From the NCBI GenBank assembly GCA_053919585.1, contig CM132784.1: a DNA stretch of 64,000 nucleotides; one strand, 5' to 3'. The DNA comes from Euprymna scolopes. Its lineage: Eukaryota. Below, piece by piece: positions 1 through 14,509 of the stretch. The translations under genes and the position numbers were made by a program. The stretch's first letter is position 1; each line of letters begins with the position of its first letter. The notes beneath the pieces were generated by a model. That model made no database searches. It was not told the DNA's origin and saw only the letters and a list, made by a program, of their open reading frames with translations.

Positions 1-747
1 ATATAGACTTGTAGCATCTTGGTTTATGGCTTATGCACAAAATTGAATAACAGGATTTAGTGATAAACAAGGGCAAGTGCCTACCGATATATGGTTAAGA
101 AAAATACCTGCACAGTTTGGTAAAAGAGTTTCATTTATTCACTGTATTCATACTTTAACAGGCCTGGCAAACAGGCAAGTAATCCGTAACTAGTTGCAGT
201 CATTTCTGCATCTTCATATGATAATAAAAGGAACCACAAATCAATGGAATAAAAGTGGCAAAGTTGTGTTTTCATAGTGAAATTTTAAACTTCGCATGCA
301 ACAGGAGTGCCTTGCTGTTCTCGATATTGGGAGTAAGACCTGCAATCTTGTAAGTTAACATATAGCTATCACCAATGCAAAAGACATTATGCAGAGTCGA
401 CAATTCCGGAGCGCAATATTCGTAAGTACTGTGTCAGATTCTGCATAAGCAAACACATCAAACATTGAACGTTAAAAAAGATGAATTAATCACATTCTCC
501 ACAAGCCTTAATCAAGTACACTGGAATCATCCTTTTTTAGATTCCACGAGACAAACAGCAGCAGAACTGACCAAGAAGCACACTGTCGTGTCGTGGTTTG
601 TGAGTTAAAGGCAGATTAGAAAAGGACAGGCCGTCTATGGGAATGGGTGGAGAAGATTCCTCCATAGCTGCAGTCCTTAGATAACTTTGGTTCGTGATTA
701 ATGTACTAAGTTAAATCATAGAACATAATGACAATATAAAACATGAA

Positions 748-821
<74 letters not shown>

Positions 822-824
<3 letters not shown>

Positions 825-1037
825 GATGGCCGAAAAGTCCCAGGACACTCTATTTTTAATATTTTAATGCTGTTAAATATGATTGATTTTAATATTCTAA
901 TGTTGTTAAAACAATTTATTTCATTTATTTTTCCAGGTTATGACTGACATCAGTGTATTTACTGTTTGTTTCATTAAAAAATACTGTGTTTTATTAAAAA
1001 TACATGTATAGTGTCCTGGGACTTTTCGGCCACCCTG
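822..1037. mobile_element. Tc1/mariner-type MITE (216 bp)
   Basis: ~29-bp terminal inverted repeats caggatggccgaaaagtcccaggacact / agtgtcctgggacttttcggccaccctg, TA on both sides, AT-rich non-coding interior; abuts a (TA)n run. Confidence 0.9.
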
Positions 1038-2154
1038 TATAGCAAATAAATGAAACGTAAATGTAAATGCAATATATTCAGGAAAAATGTAGTTATCTAG
1101 CTTGTATTGTTATTTCATGAGACAAATTAATTTAAATAAGGAATATTAAATTAATTATAGTTTTGTTTAGTGCTAGTTAGATAATATGTATTTTAATAAT
1201 ATCAGAATGCGAACTCCTAGAGTTTGTGACTCACTTCTTACTTTCATTTTGAACCTAAATACGAAACCTTTCAAAGTATGGCTGAGATCTGACAAATCAA
1301 ATATGGTACATTGAATTCAATTGTGTTTTTTGTTTTTGTTTGTGTGCTCTATAATAAATAAGATTTTTTATTCTTATGATTTTGCAAGCTTTAAAAGATT
1401 TCTATTTCATTTTACCAACATTTAAAATTAAAGAAAATAAAGAAATGTCTGTATGATATACGTACAGAGCACGGGATAAAAATGAAAAATTCTAAAAATC
1501 ATATAATTTGATCAAGTAGTTTTCAAGAAAATCAAAGTTTACTGTTTCGATGAGGGCGAAAAAAGCATCCAACGAATCAGTGAGCAAGGGCAGATAACTG
1601 TGAAAAACTGTCAAAACAATCACTGATTACCTCCCATTATGTTGTCTAGTAACATATGGCCTTGTCTGTTACTTACATGCAAAGAAATGACAAATTTGTT
1701 GTTCGGAAAAAAAAAAAAAGAATCTACTTGATTAATTTTTGTGATTTTTGGAATAAAAAAAATCTTTCTTTCATGATAAGTAGATAAATATAAAAGTTTT
1801 TCTTCATTTTTGTTTATCGTTATGTGCCAATCTGAATACACAAGTGATCTTTGAAGTTTGAGTGACAAGTTTATCTCTTTTTTTAAAAATTGGATTGCCC
1901 TTTTGTCGAAGATACAATGCAAAAAAATATAATTTTATGAGTTTCATTTGATGTCGCTGCTGTGCAGAAGATAAAATTAAAATGCACTTTGTTGACCTTC
2001 AAGCAAGCATCAAAGTGTAGTATATGTCTAAAAATGGTACAACAATATCTTGGAGTCTACATAAGCATAGGATTGAATTTTTTTTTCTAACCTCTTTATC
2101 TCTGACCTCTTCATCTCTGACCTTCTTATTTTTAACCTTTCCTTTTTTTTAAAC

Positions 2155-5100
2155 GGAGAGTAGATAATGTACTGTGGATGTGTTATCGGCAGCTCCAGTA
2201 CCTCTCGCTTCTCCTTATTTGTCCTTCAGTCCTCATTTCCAAAGAGTGATTTTTCTGATAAATGGTGAAGAAAAAGCTGTTTTCTAGGTTGGCAGTACTT
2301 GCGTGAACAGTAGCCTGAGATGCCGGAAATTTTCTGTTTCTATGTCTATCCTTGTAGCCATGTCACTAGTAAGGGTGCTGGAGGTAAACATTTCATCTCG
2401 GCTGACATTATCCGCCTGATAGTCAGGGACCCGAACCTTGGATTAACCGCTAAGGAGGCTGTCCTCTCAGCAGATGCAAAGTACTGGGGCTTTATTGCCA
2501 TTTGGTGAATGGATTCTGGAGCATGCAGTAGTTTCTGATGGGGCCTCTCGATGCCATACTAGTGGGTACTTTACCTTATCATGTGCTACAAAAAAAAATT
2601 CCCGTCTTTTTCTCTCTTACTTTCCTTCTCTAACCTGCTCTAACCAAGTCTGTCCACCCGTTCCACAAATCCCAAAACCTCAACATGAATTATCTCCCAA
2701 AAAAAAAAACCCATCCTCCAACGTAGACCCCTACTACCATGTCTTCTTCTCCAACATCAGGCGTCTACGCTGCAACCTTCCAGAGGTTGAAACCAAATTG
2801 TAGGAGACGAAACCGGACATATTCTTCCTAAGCAAAACTGACATAGGGCCGACCACTTCCCTAGATGAGTTCATAATTAATGGATACTCTAAGTAACATC
2901 TAAATCTGACCCCCAAGATCGCCATGGGCATGGAATATGCGCCAACATTAAAGATGGCTTTCCATGTGGTAGGGATATCTCCAGAGAAGACCTTAATTTA
3001 CTTTATATGTGCTTCCAGGTTGCACTTGCTTACACCACTGCATTTATATTAGCCCTCTACGCCCCCACAACAGCGGAGTTACTATCTTTAAGAGCATATC
3101 TAAGAAAATTGACCACATCCTGTCTGCTAATCCTTCGACTAACATTCACATCTGTGGTGACTTCAATGTCAACAATGTGGAATGATTGACCCATTCTAAC
3201 AAGACAGATGACTTCTCCATTCCCTATGACCTCACTCAGATTGTTCACGTACCCACCCATGTGCCCGATACTACCAGTAAGTATGCAAGCCTTCTAGACC
3301 TTTTTCTCACAACTTCCCCTGAGCTATGTTCATGTTCAGTTCTATCTCCTCTGGGATCTTCCGACCACTCGGTTGTATCAGTTAAGATAAAAATGAAATG
3401 CAACAAGTCTTCAGACATACCTCTCCACCGTACAGTATATCGATACTCTATGACTGACTGGGATTGCTTCCGTACATTTATATCTGACCTACCTCTGCAT
3501 TCCATGTTTAAAAAGGATGTGTCCTGTATAGTATCAGACCTGACTGAATGGTTAATAGTAGGTATAGACCGATTCATCCCATCCAAAAAATTCCAACAAC
3601 AAAGACTTAACAGCAAGCTATGGTTCTCCCCAGAATGTGCTGCTGCCATTGTGCACAGAAATCACTTTTTCCATAGCTACCAATGTAATAGATGTACTGA
3701 GACTAAAGCTGCTTTCGGGCCTGCAAGCAACCACTGTAAAAAAGTAATAAAAAATGCAAGAGAGCTATATGCTCAGTTCGTTAAATCCAAAGTAGCTGAG
3801 CAGCGGCTTGGTTCCTACCAGTTTTGACAAATAGCAAACAGGATCCTGAACAGAAGTGTGTGTTCTATCCTAACCCTCATCAATGGACCTGAGATCATCT
3901 CGTCAGCATCAGACAAAGCTAAACTATTTGCCAAGAACTTTGCAGCTAATTCTACCCTAGATGACCTAGGCTATCAACTCCCCATATTTCCACCTATAAC
4001 AGACAATATGCTATGCAGCATACAAATATCTGTGCATGATGTTGCCAAGCTAATTAAGAACCTTTATTCCAGTAAACCAACTGGCCCTTACGGCATTCCA
4101 ATTAAAGTGCTGAAAAAGCTTCAACCAGAAGTTGCCACCATACTTACAAAATTGTTTAAGCATTGCCTTAAGGAGAATTGCTTCCCAACACCCTGGAAAA
4201 CCTGTGACCGGTCATCACCCTCTCAGTACAGACCAATAAGTCTCCTGTGTGTCATGAGTAAGTTGCTGGAATTCATATTAAAGAAGTAGTCAACCACCTC
4301 AGCAGAAATAATGTTCTTAGTGACATGCAGAAATCAGAAGCCCCCAGTATTAATGCTGGTGTCCCTCAAGGGTCCATCCTGGGCACAACTCTCTTCCTGA
4401 TCTACATCAATGATCTCCCAAAACACATACTTAAATCATTCGTTGGCATCTATGCTGATGACACGATCATCTATGGCAACACTTCAAAGGCCATAAATGA
4501 CAAAGTTCTCTCTAATTCTCTCTCCTCTGATCTTGAGCATGTGGTACAATGGGGAAAGAGGTGGCTAGTTATTTTTAATGCATCTAAAACCAAGCTTCTA
4601 TCTTTACAAAATCAACGCTCTGATCCTCATATAGCATCAATTGAAATGAGTTGCTCTTGTCTTCGGGAGGCTCTATGTTTTGACAAGCTTCTGGGATTGA
4701 CCTTTAATCCTGATCTGAAATGGAACACTTACATCAAATCTGTTGCCAAGGTTGCTGGAAAAATGGTGAGATCCTTCTACCACTCCAATAGATATCTCAC
4801 TACTGATACAATTCTCTATCTATATAAAAGCCAAGTACGCCCAAGGATGGAGTCCTGCTGCTATATCTGGGCAGGAGCTGCTAAAAACAGCCTATCCTGC
4901 CTTGACAGAGTACAAAATAGACTTCCTAGTCTAGTGAGGGGTGCCCTTTTCTCTTCCCTGCAACCACTCTCCCACAGAAAGGGCGTTGCGAGCCTGTCTT
5001 TGTTTTATCGTTATTTCCATGGCATGTGCTCGTCTGAGCTCCAATCTCTGGTCCCCCCTCACCAATCTTTCATGAAAAACACCCGTCTAGCTGAAACCAA

Positions 5101-5424
5101 TGTCAGTAATTTTCCCCACTCTCTATCTGTGCCTAAATTAAAACGTAGATTCCATGAAAAAAGCTTCTTTCTTAGAAGTGCACGCCTGTGGAACTCTCTT
5201 CCGTTTGCCTGTTTCCCACCTGACTGCAACTTGGATGTCTTCAAGTCCAACATAAACAAGTTCCTGTTGAACCGCCCCCTTAAGTAAGACACTTTATCAG
5301 ATCTCCATTACTAGCGATTACTATGATATTACCCCATTGATTACTGTACACACAATAACCCTTATCCCTGAGTGACCTCTGGGCCTTGATAAGTGGTGAC
5401 TTCCTTGTAAAAAAAAAAAAAAAA
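2155..5424 (+). mobile_element. Full-length but disrupted LINE, CR1/Zenon-like (APE endonuclease + RT), copy 1
   Basis: Same 5' start (ggagagtagataat) as the 53561 copy. Broken ORFs 3186-3827, 3858-4289 and 4325-5287 carry LGSSDH, QYRPISLL, GVPQGSILG, YADD and YKSQVRPRME..YIWAG. Has a 3' UTR and poly(A); ~240-bp internal RT deletion near 4330. Confidence 0.95.
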
Positions 5425-6989
5425 TGTTTATACTTCTACATGTGATTTTGGAGATAGACCCATGACCAGATATATTCTGAAACTAGATTAATCAGACTAC
5501 TTAAATATGTGCCAATTTAAATAAAGATTGTCCAATAATTTTTTTTGGACGGCGGGCATGCGGGGGTCTGTGTTCACTGAAGGCCCAAAGAATATTTTTT
5601 AGGCAAAGCAGCATTTACCGCTAAAACCCACAGCTAGAGCATTTTTTAAAATAATCTCTTCCCTGTTGACTAATGTGTGTCACTAGTCCTATGCATTTCT
5701 ATGAAGAAGGGGTTAATTTATTGCTAATAGTCTGAGGCGCCCCTATTTGTGGATGTCGACGGGACTACCTTCGCATTTTTGCAGGCCAGCGTTCTCTTCC
5801 ACTAGATGTTAGCTCTTCAATCCCACTTCCTCAACGTTTGTGCCACATCCTCCCACTATGGAATCGCGATAAATAGCTACAACTATTGAGGGATACACCT
5901 ATGGAGTTTTTACAGGTCAAAAAAGTTATGTTTTTTTTTAACTTTGGTTATTACATTAGATGTGTTTTGGCATTAAATGACCAAAATAGTTTACTTTAGT
6001 GTAAAAAGGACAAACCAAAATAAAAGAAAATTTTATTTGTACAGACAGCCAGCCTCAATCTCTATAATTACTGTGAGAAGAAGCAATAGTTTTATTATTT
6101 GACTGAAAGTACCTGCTTACCCCAAAGATTTGGTCGCAGTTTAGTTTTCTTTAATAATGAAGTTCGTCTGATTAGATATTATTGGATTTCTCATCGCATT
6201 TTTTATTCTTCTAAATAACTTGAATAAAAGCAACTGTGAAAAGTTTGTTTAAAAATAAGATTCTCAGAGCAAAACCAAAAAAGGTAATAATACAAGAACA
6301 AGATTCCGTCTTATATTTCAGTGTTTATGTTTTACCGAATTCTTCAGCCGAAATTGTTTGCCTAATGAAGACAAGAAAACAAATCAAAATGATTTCTCTT
6401 TTGATCAGCATTGTTTTGGTTTGAAAGCTTTTGTCTGCCAAAAATTCGAAGGATTAATTAAATCATTTATACATTCTTCACGTCGTCTGTCTCCTACATT
6501 TATCTTTGTCTATCACTATCGTTATATCTAATGCTATTTGTTTCTTCTTTCGGTGGAAATAGCACCTATTAATCAATAAAAAAAAAGAAAATGCATATGA
6601 GCATCATTAGAAAATACAAGAATTAAAAGAGAATTGCAATTGCCTTTTATTTTTTATTTTATTAAGCCATTTGGAATTTTCAAGTGCTTGAAAGTGTATG
6701 AACATGGGGAAAGATTTATAAGAGATGATCTTTTTAAACATAGATCGGAGAGGTATATCTCATATAAATGTTCAGAAGCTTTGCCAGTCATACATTTTGT
6801 TTTTATCTTGAGACATCCAAGTGATTGGAAGAGCTTGAGTGGAAACAGAATGAAGAATTAGTACAGTATCAGTCAAGTTGTACGAAAAAGGTCTAGGAGA
6901 CTTGCATATTGTCAGTCAGTGGTTTACTTTACAATATTCATGTGGTCCAGTTTAAGTGGTCACAATCATAAGGTGACAGAGTCCTAGGG

Positions 6990-9900
6990 TTCACTGGAAG
7001 CAGTTAAACTATGAGTGTACTCTCTACTGAAAGGTAGAAATGTCTGGCATTATATAAGTCAGACGAATTCATATTGTCAATGAATATGTGGGTGTTAACT
7101 AACCCAGATTTATTTCCCCGAAATATCACTGTTATTTTTCTTTCTCGGGTTGACCTCCAAGGGGTCAGTTTCCTTATTCTGCGAGAATGACATGTTTCAG
7201 TACATGTTTGAGGGGGTTCCAGGTCAAACGCGTCATACAGTAGGCCCACCATCTCTTCTTTTGGTGGAGTTTCACTTGACTCGTCTGAAATATATTTACG
7301 TATCTGGTTCAGGCGTTTCTTATGCATGAAACGTGGTCCTTCCACCATATGGCTAATCTCAGTCTTAATCGTTCCCTGTTCCAAGAAAGTCTTCTTGTCC
7401 TTCTGCATCTGGAAGAATATTTTTTTCTCCCAGCATGTATTTCTTCGTGGAAACAGTTATCTTGCGCAGTTTTGACAATAATTTTGGCCATATATTTCAA
7501 GCAAACATAACTTCCGCTGGAGACATCTGGGAGGGTGTATTCTCATTAAGAGTTATGCAGTACACCTGAAAAAATTGTTGCAAAGATTTTTCAGATGAAC
7601 TGCCCTTTGCCTTTTTCAAAGCCCTCTCCAAAGTGTCGACGAACCTCTCAGCCTGTCCGTTTGATCTAGGTCGTATATCGGAGTTGTGATGTAGTCCACT
7701 TGGAAGTCCTCCTAAAGCTTTATAAAGTTTCTGGACATAAACTGAGCGTCATTATCTGGCACTAAGCAGTCAACCACTTCGAACTGTGTCAGTAATCGGG
7801 CTTTTACACCTAAAGACTTTTGGCCACTTGGAGAAACTGTCCACTACTATGAGGTAGTACTGCCTATCAGGTGGTCCCACGTAGTCCACGGCTATCTGTG
7901 ACCATGGGTAGTCCGCTTTGGGTCATGGTGGAACTTTTACAGCTAGTACACATTTCCTGCATGATTTACCTTGTCTTCAATATCCTTACCCATGTTTCTT
8001 CAATTTACACATGAATGCATTAAACTTTGCATTCTGATGGCACCTGTGTGAAAATCCTTTCAGATCTTTTTTTGGAGGATCGCCTGAAGAACTACTTTCT
8101 CCTGATATAATAATACCTGGTTGCATGTTGAGAAAACGTCTGCTACTCGTTCATCAGTTTTTCCTTGGTTTCTCTCTCAGCTTCTCTCCTTATACTGTCC
8201 AGGGTAAACGGGAGTTCTTTCACAGTATTGAGCAGGATCGAATTATAATCTCTTTATGATCATAGTGATACGATCACCAAGTCATCTCGTGGTTTATCAC
8301 TTCTTGGTATAAACTGGGATATGGCATCTCTGTGTCCTAACTTCTTTGACGGAAGGGACCCCATTTAAAAGTCATAATTAAATAGGATTGTTCCCCATTT
8401 TTGGAGCCTGATTCCGTATGTGTAGGCAACCCTTTCTTTGAGCCAAAGATAGAGATCAGCGGCTTGTGATCTGTTTGTAATTTGAAGTGTCGTCGATGCA
8501 GGTATCTATGGAATCTTGTTATCACGAAAATGATACTTAAGGATTCTTTCTCTATCTGTGAATAATTCCATTCTACAGGTAGTAATGCTATAGGTTTTGT
8601 AGATCCGTCTGGCATTTTATGCAAGATACACATGCTGATTCTATATGTGCTCGCATTACTTCTGATGATAATGTTTGAATTTGGGTTTTAATGTCAAAAA
8701 TAGTTCTGATATGAGTACCTCTTTCAGCTTTTTGAATGCCATCTTGCATTTCGTGGTCAAGTTCCAAACCTTGGTCTTCCTAAGTAGTTCATATGAAGGT
8801 GCACGCAGTGTGTGCATATTGGGAATGAAGAATTGGTAGTAGTTAGCTAAGTCTAAAAAACTTTACAATGCTGTTATATTGTGTGGCTCAGGTATATTTT
8901 TTTTTATTGCTATGGGCCTTTCTGGATCAGGCCGTCTACCGTTTTTATCTTTTCTCTGTCCTAAGTACTTTATTTTGTCGAGGAAACATTTACATTAAAG
9001 CCGTACTCATTTATATCCGAAAAAATTGTTTTCTATGTTTCTCTATAGTTTCATTTTTCATTAGAATACCGTCTTAGTATCCAATGGAAAAACCAAGGCC
9101 ACTCAACATCGTACCGATTATCTATTGAAAAGTAGCTGGTGTAACTTAGATTCCAAAAGCTAACCTATTAAATTTAAATAGTCTGTTGTGAGTGGAAATA
9201 CACAAAAGTTTTGAGTTTTCTTCTTTAATGGGAATTTGTAAGTACGCTTCCCTCAGATCTATTTTGGAGAATATTTTCCCTTCTATTTGGTTTAGTAAAA
9301 ACTTCCTCGAGGCTCAGTAGCAGATAATGATGATCCTTAAGTGCTGCATTTAACCTAGTGGAGAAGTCTGCGCAGACTCTGATATCCTTAAATTTTTTTT
9401 TATATAAACGGTGAGGGTGGCCCACTCACTATAGTCGACTGTGATCAAAATTCCTGTTTTGACGAATCTGCCCAGTTCCTCGTCGATCTTTTGCATAAAG
9501 GCAAACAGAATGCTCCATTTCTTTTTGAAGACTAGGGTGACATTGTCTTGTAATTTGTACTTCGCCTCCATTTTTGTACAGCGGCCTAGTTTGTCCTAAA
9601 AAAGCATTAGGAATGACTCTTTTAGGTCTTTAATTAGTTTTCCAGCTTTGTCTCTAAGGTTATTCCCTTTTTGAAAAAATCGCTAATGAGCTAATCCCAG
9701 AGTTAAAAGTTTTGGATTCAGTCCATACCAAAAATGTCATTGCTGTTTCTTAACACAAACATCTGGAAGTTCAGTATATTTCCCTTCAAAGTTACGTTAG
9801 TAATAACCGCCCTCCGAATCTTATTCTTTCTTCAATTACTGAACGAGCATCTTTCTTGGTTCTCATCATCCTCGGTTTTCCAAACTAGCACCAAGTATGA

Positions 9901-10150
9901 TGATATATAATTGACAAATCCGAACCACAGTCAAGTTGAAGTCTAACATCTTTGCTCCCGATTTTTACTGTAACATATGTTCATACATTTTCGTCCTGTG
10001 CCGTTGCTCCCTTTTGTTATGGAATGTGAGGTTTTGTGTCCATTGTGTCTTCACAGATCACATTTCTTGAACTGTAAACGTAAGGTTCTGCCAGTGAAGT
10101 TCTTCCCATTTTTTGCATGGGAAACGGAGCAAATCCGGCTTCTTTTGGAA
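6990..10150 (-). mobile_element. Decayed Ty3/Gypsy LTR retrotransposon internal region (gag knuckle-PR-RT-RH-IN)
   Basis: Minus-strand remnants in Gypsy order: Cys/His knuckle ~10030-10090; protease LDCGSD ~9920-9940; RT EWA..IRVCADFS (9225-9571); RNase H YSQIEKE..TDHKPL (8337-8633); integrase VVDSFSKW and PRSNGQAERFV (7630-7910); C-terminal ..LNQIR. Many frameshifts; LTRs not confidently found. Confidence 0.88.
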
Positions 10151-11124
10151 TTTCTTCTGGAAAGTTATGTTTGGCTTTCACTTGACTGTTGGGAGAGTAA
10201 AATTTTTTGTCATTTCAATTATTATTAGCCGATACTAGTTGCCTTTAAAAACGGAAGTAAGTTGATTTATTTAAGCTGTGAGAGTTTTTTCTCCTTTGTA
10301 CCATGAGAGTTATTCCTCGTTTAATTTTCCTAGACGGGAATGGATGTTCTTTTTTTTACTTCTATAAAGCCAACATGTGGTGCACTTTCAGGGAAATCAT
10401 AACAAAGTTAGGATATTCAGTGTATCTAAAATAGTATGTGACTAAATCTTCTGCTCTCCAATATGTTTCAACGCCGGGTATATACAACTAGTATGAAATA
10501 TATTTACATTTTTTTTTTTTTAAATTTTTACCTTGAAGCTTATTTAATGTAACCTCAAACGACTACATAAAACTCTTTTCGTATAATTAAATAAACATGA
10601 GTGAAAACAATTTGTTGGGCGACTGAATTTGATTAGAGAATATTCCCTGCAAGTATTCATATCGGAAAATAAGGTCTTTGTCAGTTACGGTTAAACCAAA
10701 AAACTATAATTCTTATTTATCTCTCGTGTATAACTTGTGGAGTCGGAGGCAGACTTGTAAGAGTAATAAGAGATGGCATCAGATTATTAATCTCCATGGG
10801 ATCAGTCGAGAAAATTTTGGAAGACTTCAAAATAAAGATTTAGTGTCGGAATTTGTTGGAATTATAAGGATCGGACTCGGACCTTATACTTTCCGGCTTT
10901 GCAACCATGATGAATACTAGTAAATTTTAATAATAAAAAAACTAAGACTATAATGTCGATATAGACTTAGAATATGAAACAAATATACATCCATAATGCT
11001 AGGATGGGTCTATCAGATATACCAGATAGAAAAACGGGGAAAGAAAACTGAGAATTAGTAAAATAATAATTATTAATGGGGCCTATGAAAATTCCATGGA
11101 TAATTCATTATTTTATACCTATGT

Positions 11125-11331
11125 ATGGATGACAACTCAGATGTGGAGAAAATATATTTGAATGGTGAGGATACTGAGTTTGTCCTGAAGTTTAGATACC
11201 TTGATGATACTATTGGAGCCCAGGAAGGAGCTGGTGTTGATGCGATTGCAAGTGTTAGGAGTGGATGGAGAAAATTTAGGGAGTTTTTGCCATTACTACT
11301 CAGCACATGGAAGCGTTTGTCTGGCTTGTGA
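11125..11331 (+). mobile_element. RTE-clade LINE fragment (RT thumb region)
   Basis: Peptide KFRYLDDTIG...VRSGWRKFREFLPLL resembles the RTE/BovB-type F.YLG...RI..GW.KFREL motif. Confidence 0.7.
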
Positions 11332-14300
11332 CAATATTATAGGTAATTATGTTTTACAAAGGGAAAATAAATAAAAAATAAACTCAATGTTTGATGTATT
11401 TTTGGTCAGAAAGACAGTATGTTCAGACAGCCGAATCTGGCAGCTCCAGGTTGAATATAGTCGGAAAAGTTCACTATGTGATAAAGATCCAATGTCAACC
11501 ATTTTGTGCACTGAATAAGATGTCATTGGAGAAAATTAGACTATGTCACAAAGTTCCTGTTGTGAGCATCCACTTTCTATCAACAGAGACCATACTTCCT
11601 ACTTTTTTTCATTTCGTCAATCACATGACTTATACAAATGATTTCGAAATGTGGTGAACAATGTCATTTTCTCTTCCCTGCTACCCAATTTTTCACAGAA
11701 AAAGATATTGCGAGCCTATATCTACTTTATCATTCTCATGGAAGATTCTCAACTCAGTTTAACTCTATGATATCCTACCCACCCCCGTAAAACATCCACG
11801 GCAATTTCTCTTACTCACGATCTGTGCCTAAAACTAAACAAAAATTTCTTGAGCAGGGTTTTTTTCTGGAACTGCTCGTCTATGGGGCACAATATTATGG
11901 AACTGCCTACCAGTTGATTATAACATGGTCGTTTTCGAGTCAAACGTAAACAAGTTCTGCTGAGCCGTCCTACATAATAAATTAACTCTATCCAATTTTC
12001 ACCATCGCAGATCATCACAGTGTACGGAAATATTGGCAAAAGACACCAGTTAAGATATACACCGGAGAATTACTTCCCTTGAGACGCACACACATACACA
12101 GCAAGTCCTGCCCTTGATAAGGGAAAGTACGTTTTTACCCCTCGTGGCAACTATGCCTACTTGAGAGACTGAGTAGGGCTCTAACCACTTCTAAAGTGAG
12201 TAGATTTATTATTGTTCTATATTGTGGTGTTACTTTATTCTTTATGTTTGTCAATTCCTAGTAAATGTGTATTTATGTGCTTGTGAAGTATTTGTGTTTA
12301 ATAAGTATCTGTGTTTGTTACGTGTTTTTAGTTTCAGTGAATCAATCAACTATTAGACCCCTAATACTTACAACAACGGTGTTGTCTAAACTGAAACCCA
12401 TCAACCCTTATCGTTCAGTCGCCTCTGTAACTTGATTATCGGTGACTATAGTTTATTAAAAGAAATCCAGTTATAATTTAGAGTTTCAAATTTATTTTAC
12501 AGTTTGTTTGTTTTTTACTCACTAAAATAGAAAAAAAATAATGTTATTACAGTCGGACAACGCCGTGGATGTTTGCTAATCTTCAAAAAAAATGGCACAG
12601 CAAGGTAATTTTAATGTACAATGGTTAATATGTTGCGCACGAATGAGCATGCATTCACTATACACATGTTTCTTTCCTCTTTAATTCTTTCGTTCACATC
12701 GTTCATGCAATTTAATGCCGTCATTTTACTTCAAGCTTTATTACTTTCATTTTTTATCCTCATTTTTAATCTATTGCTCTTTTGTTTCTTTATTTTTATA
12801 ATTATTTTTCTATTTACTTCCATTTTCTTTCTGTTATCCCTTTAAGCTCCTTTAAAATAAAAGTTAAAATACAGGAGAAAAAACACATGCAAACGAAATA
12901 AAAGATGCCATCTAGTGTTGTTTACTGAAAACATGAACATCAAGGGAGATAATTCATTTAGAATTAGCATTTTATCTTTTCAAGTCCAAAGATATAGTCT
13001 TTGATTCTCTTGTCTTCAATAGTGATATTAATGTTTATTTTGATAGTTTGAGAGTTCAAGTTGATTTAATTTTAGGTGCATAGCTGGAATAGATTAAACA
13101 TTAAGCAAAATAATCACGCACTTAACGTACTGAAAGAAAAAAAGCCAACGATTATTTTCTATCCTTTCTTTCTAAAGAAAAAAGGTATAATCTTTTTACA
13201 TGAACATACCTCCGATGGTGTGTGAACAGCGAACCCAACCAACAAAATAACATTATGCTGCAAAACGTTAACTTGAAATTTTTGTTGTAGACTCCCTATA
13301 ACATGCTTACAAAATTACCTGGTATTTATCTTGTAATGTCATAACACTAGATATACCAGTGACTCGTTGGGTCACAACTACAACCACAATTTATTCTACT
13401 TTGATTTCATTCAAAGATTCATTAACTACGAATGTACTCCTGTTTTAGATGTAGAGTGAAAATCGGTGCAAGGAGCTTCAAGTAGTTTGGTTATTTGCTT
13501 GTTTAAACTGTTCTTTTTTGTCTAACTAAAATAATAAATATATTGGTCTACATTGTGCTTGTTATTTTATTAATTACTTATCAAGGCAAAGATCTAACCA
13601 GTAATTGGGGTTAATGAGATGGATAAATTCTCAAATGAATGATAAATATTATGAGAGGATTGAACATGATGAATAGAATGAGCAAAATTCAGATATTTAT
13701 GAGGAAAGTTTATGGCAAAGTATTTGATGACATTCTATCTGAAGATGACCATGTTGTAGACAGCAGGGAAGTAGTTGCATGGAAAAAGTTCCACAGACGA
13801 AAAGTTCTTAAAAAGAAACTGCTCACTGAAATTCTGTTTAATGTTAAGTATGTGAGATAAGAAAAAAAAAAGGTTTTTGCAGCTGTGGTAGCGAGACGAG
13901 TTCTTGCTGTGAATTTCTTATAAGGAGGAATTAGAGACTAAAGCTCACTAGAGTATATTTATTGACAATAATGATAGTATAAAGAAAATCTAGAAACTTT
14001 TCTCCTATGATAAAAGTGGTTTAGACAACAGAAGAGATAATCCCATACTAGGTTATGAATTTTGTAATTTGTCACTCCCCCCCAATAAAAAAGAGTTTTC
14101 TAAGCAATACTTCGTTATATGTGGTAGCAGTACATCTAACTCTCATATACATTGCACCAGGAATCAGGTACTATAATAATCCAATCATTTTCAAGCGATT
14201 TTAACAATAAAGTGTACCATTCTATTTTAGATTTGGAGTGAAAGTCAGTGCCAGGAGCTTAAAGGTGTTTGATTCTTTTGTTTCACAGTATATCCACTTC

Positions 14301-14509
14301 TTGCAAATTACTTAATGCTGAATCTGGTCATTATGCTTCCAGTTCTTTATATGTTAAAATGTTTATTCGTAGTTTTTAGGTGAGTTAATTTGTAGAGGAA
14401 AATTGTTGTTTTGAGTTTTGCAAAGGGAAAGGAATATAATCAAAATATCAATGTTAAGTTCATTTTAGGTCAGGGAGCACGTATCTTCAGATATCCTAAT
14501 CTGGTAGCA

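Noticed and set aside
1-700. GC-richer block that might be an old LINE 5' end or an exon
   Set aside because: No ORF or motif that I can support.
3245-3649. Antisense ORFs over the LINE (also 53637-53903, 54796-55032, 55705-55944)
   Set aside because: Shadow frames of the RT gene; boundaries not conserved between copies.
11970-12376. Possible solo LTR ending ..tacaaca (similar candidate ~34180-34428)
   Set aside because: No partner LTR, PBS or TSD could be identified.
13340-14500. Possible piggyBac-like remnant (related sequence ~38440-39050, ~11340-11460)
   Set aside because: Shared dispersed sequence is visible, but no catalytic motif or clear TTAA-bounded TIR pair.
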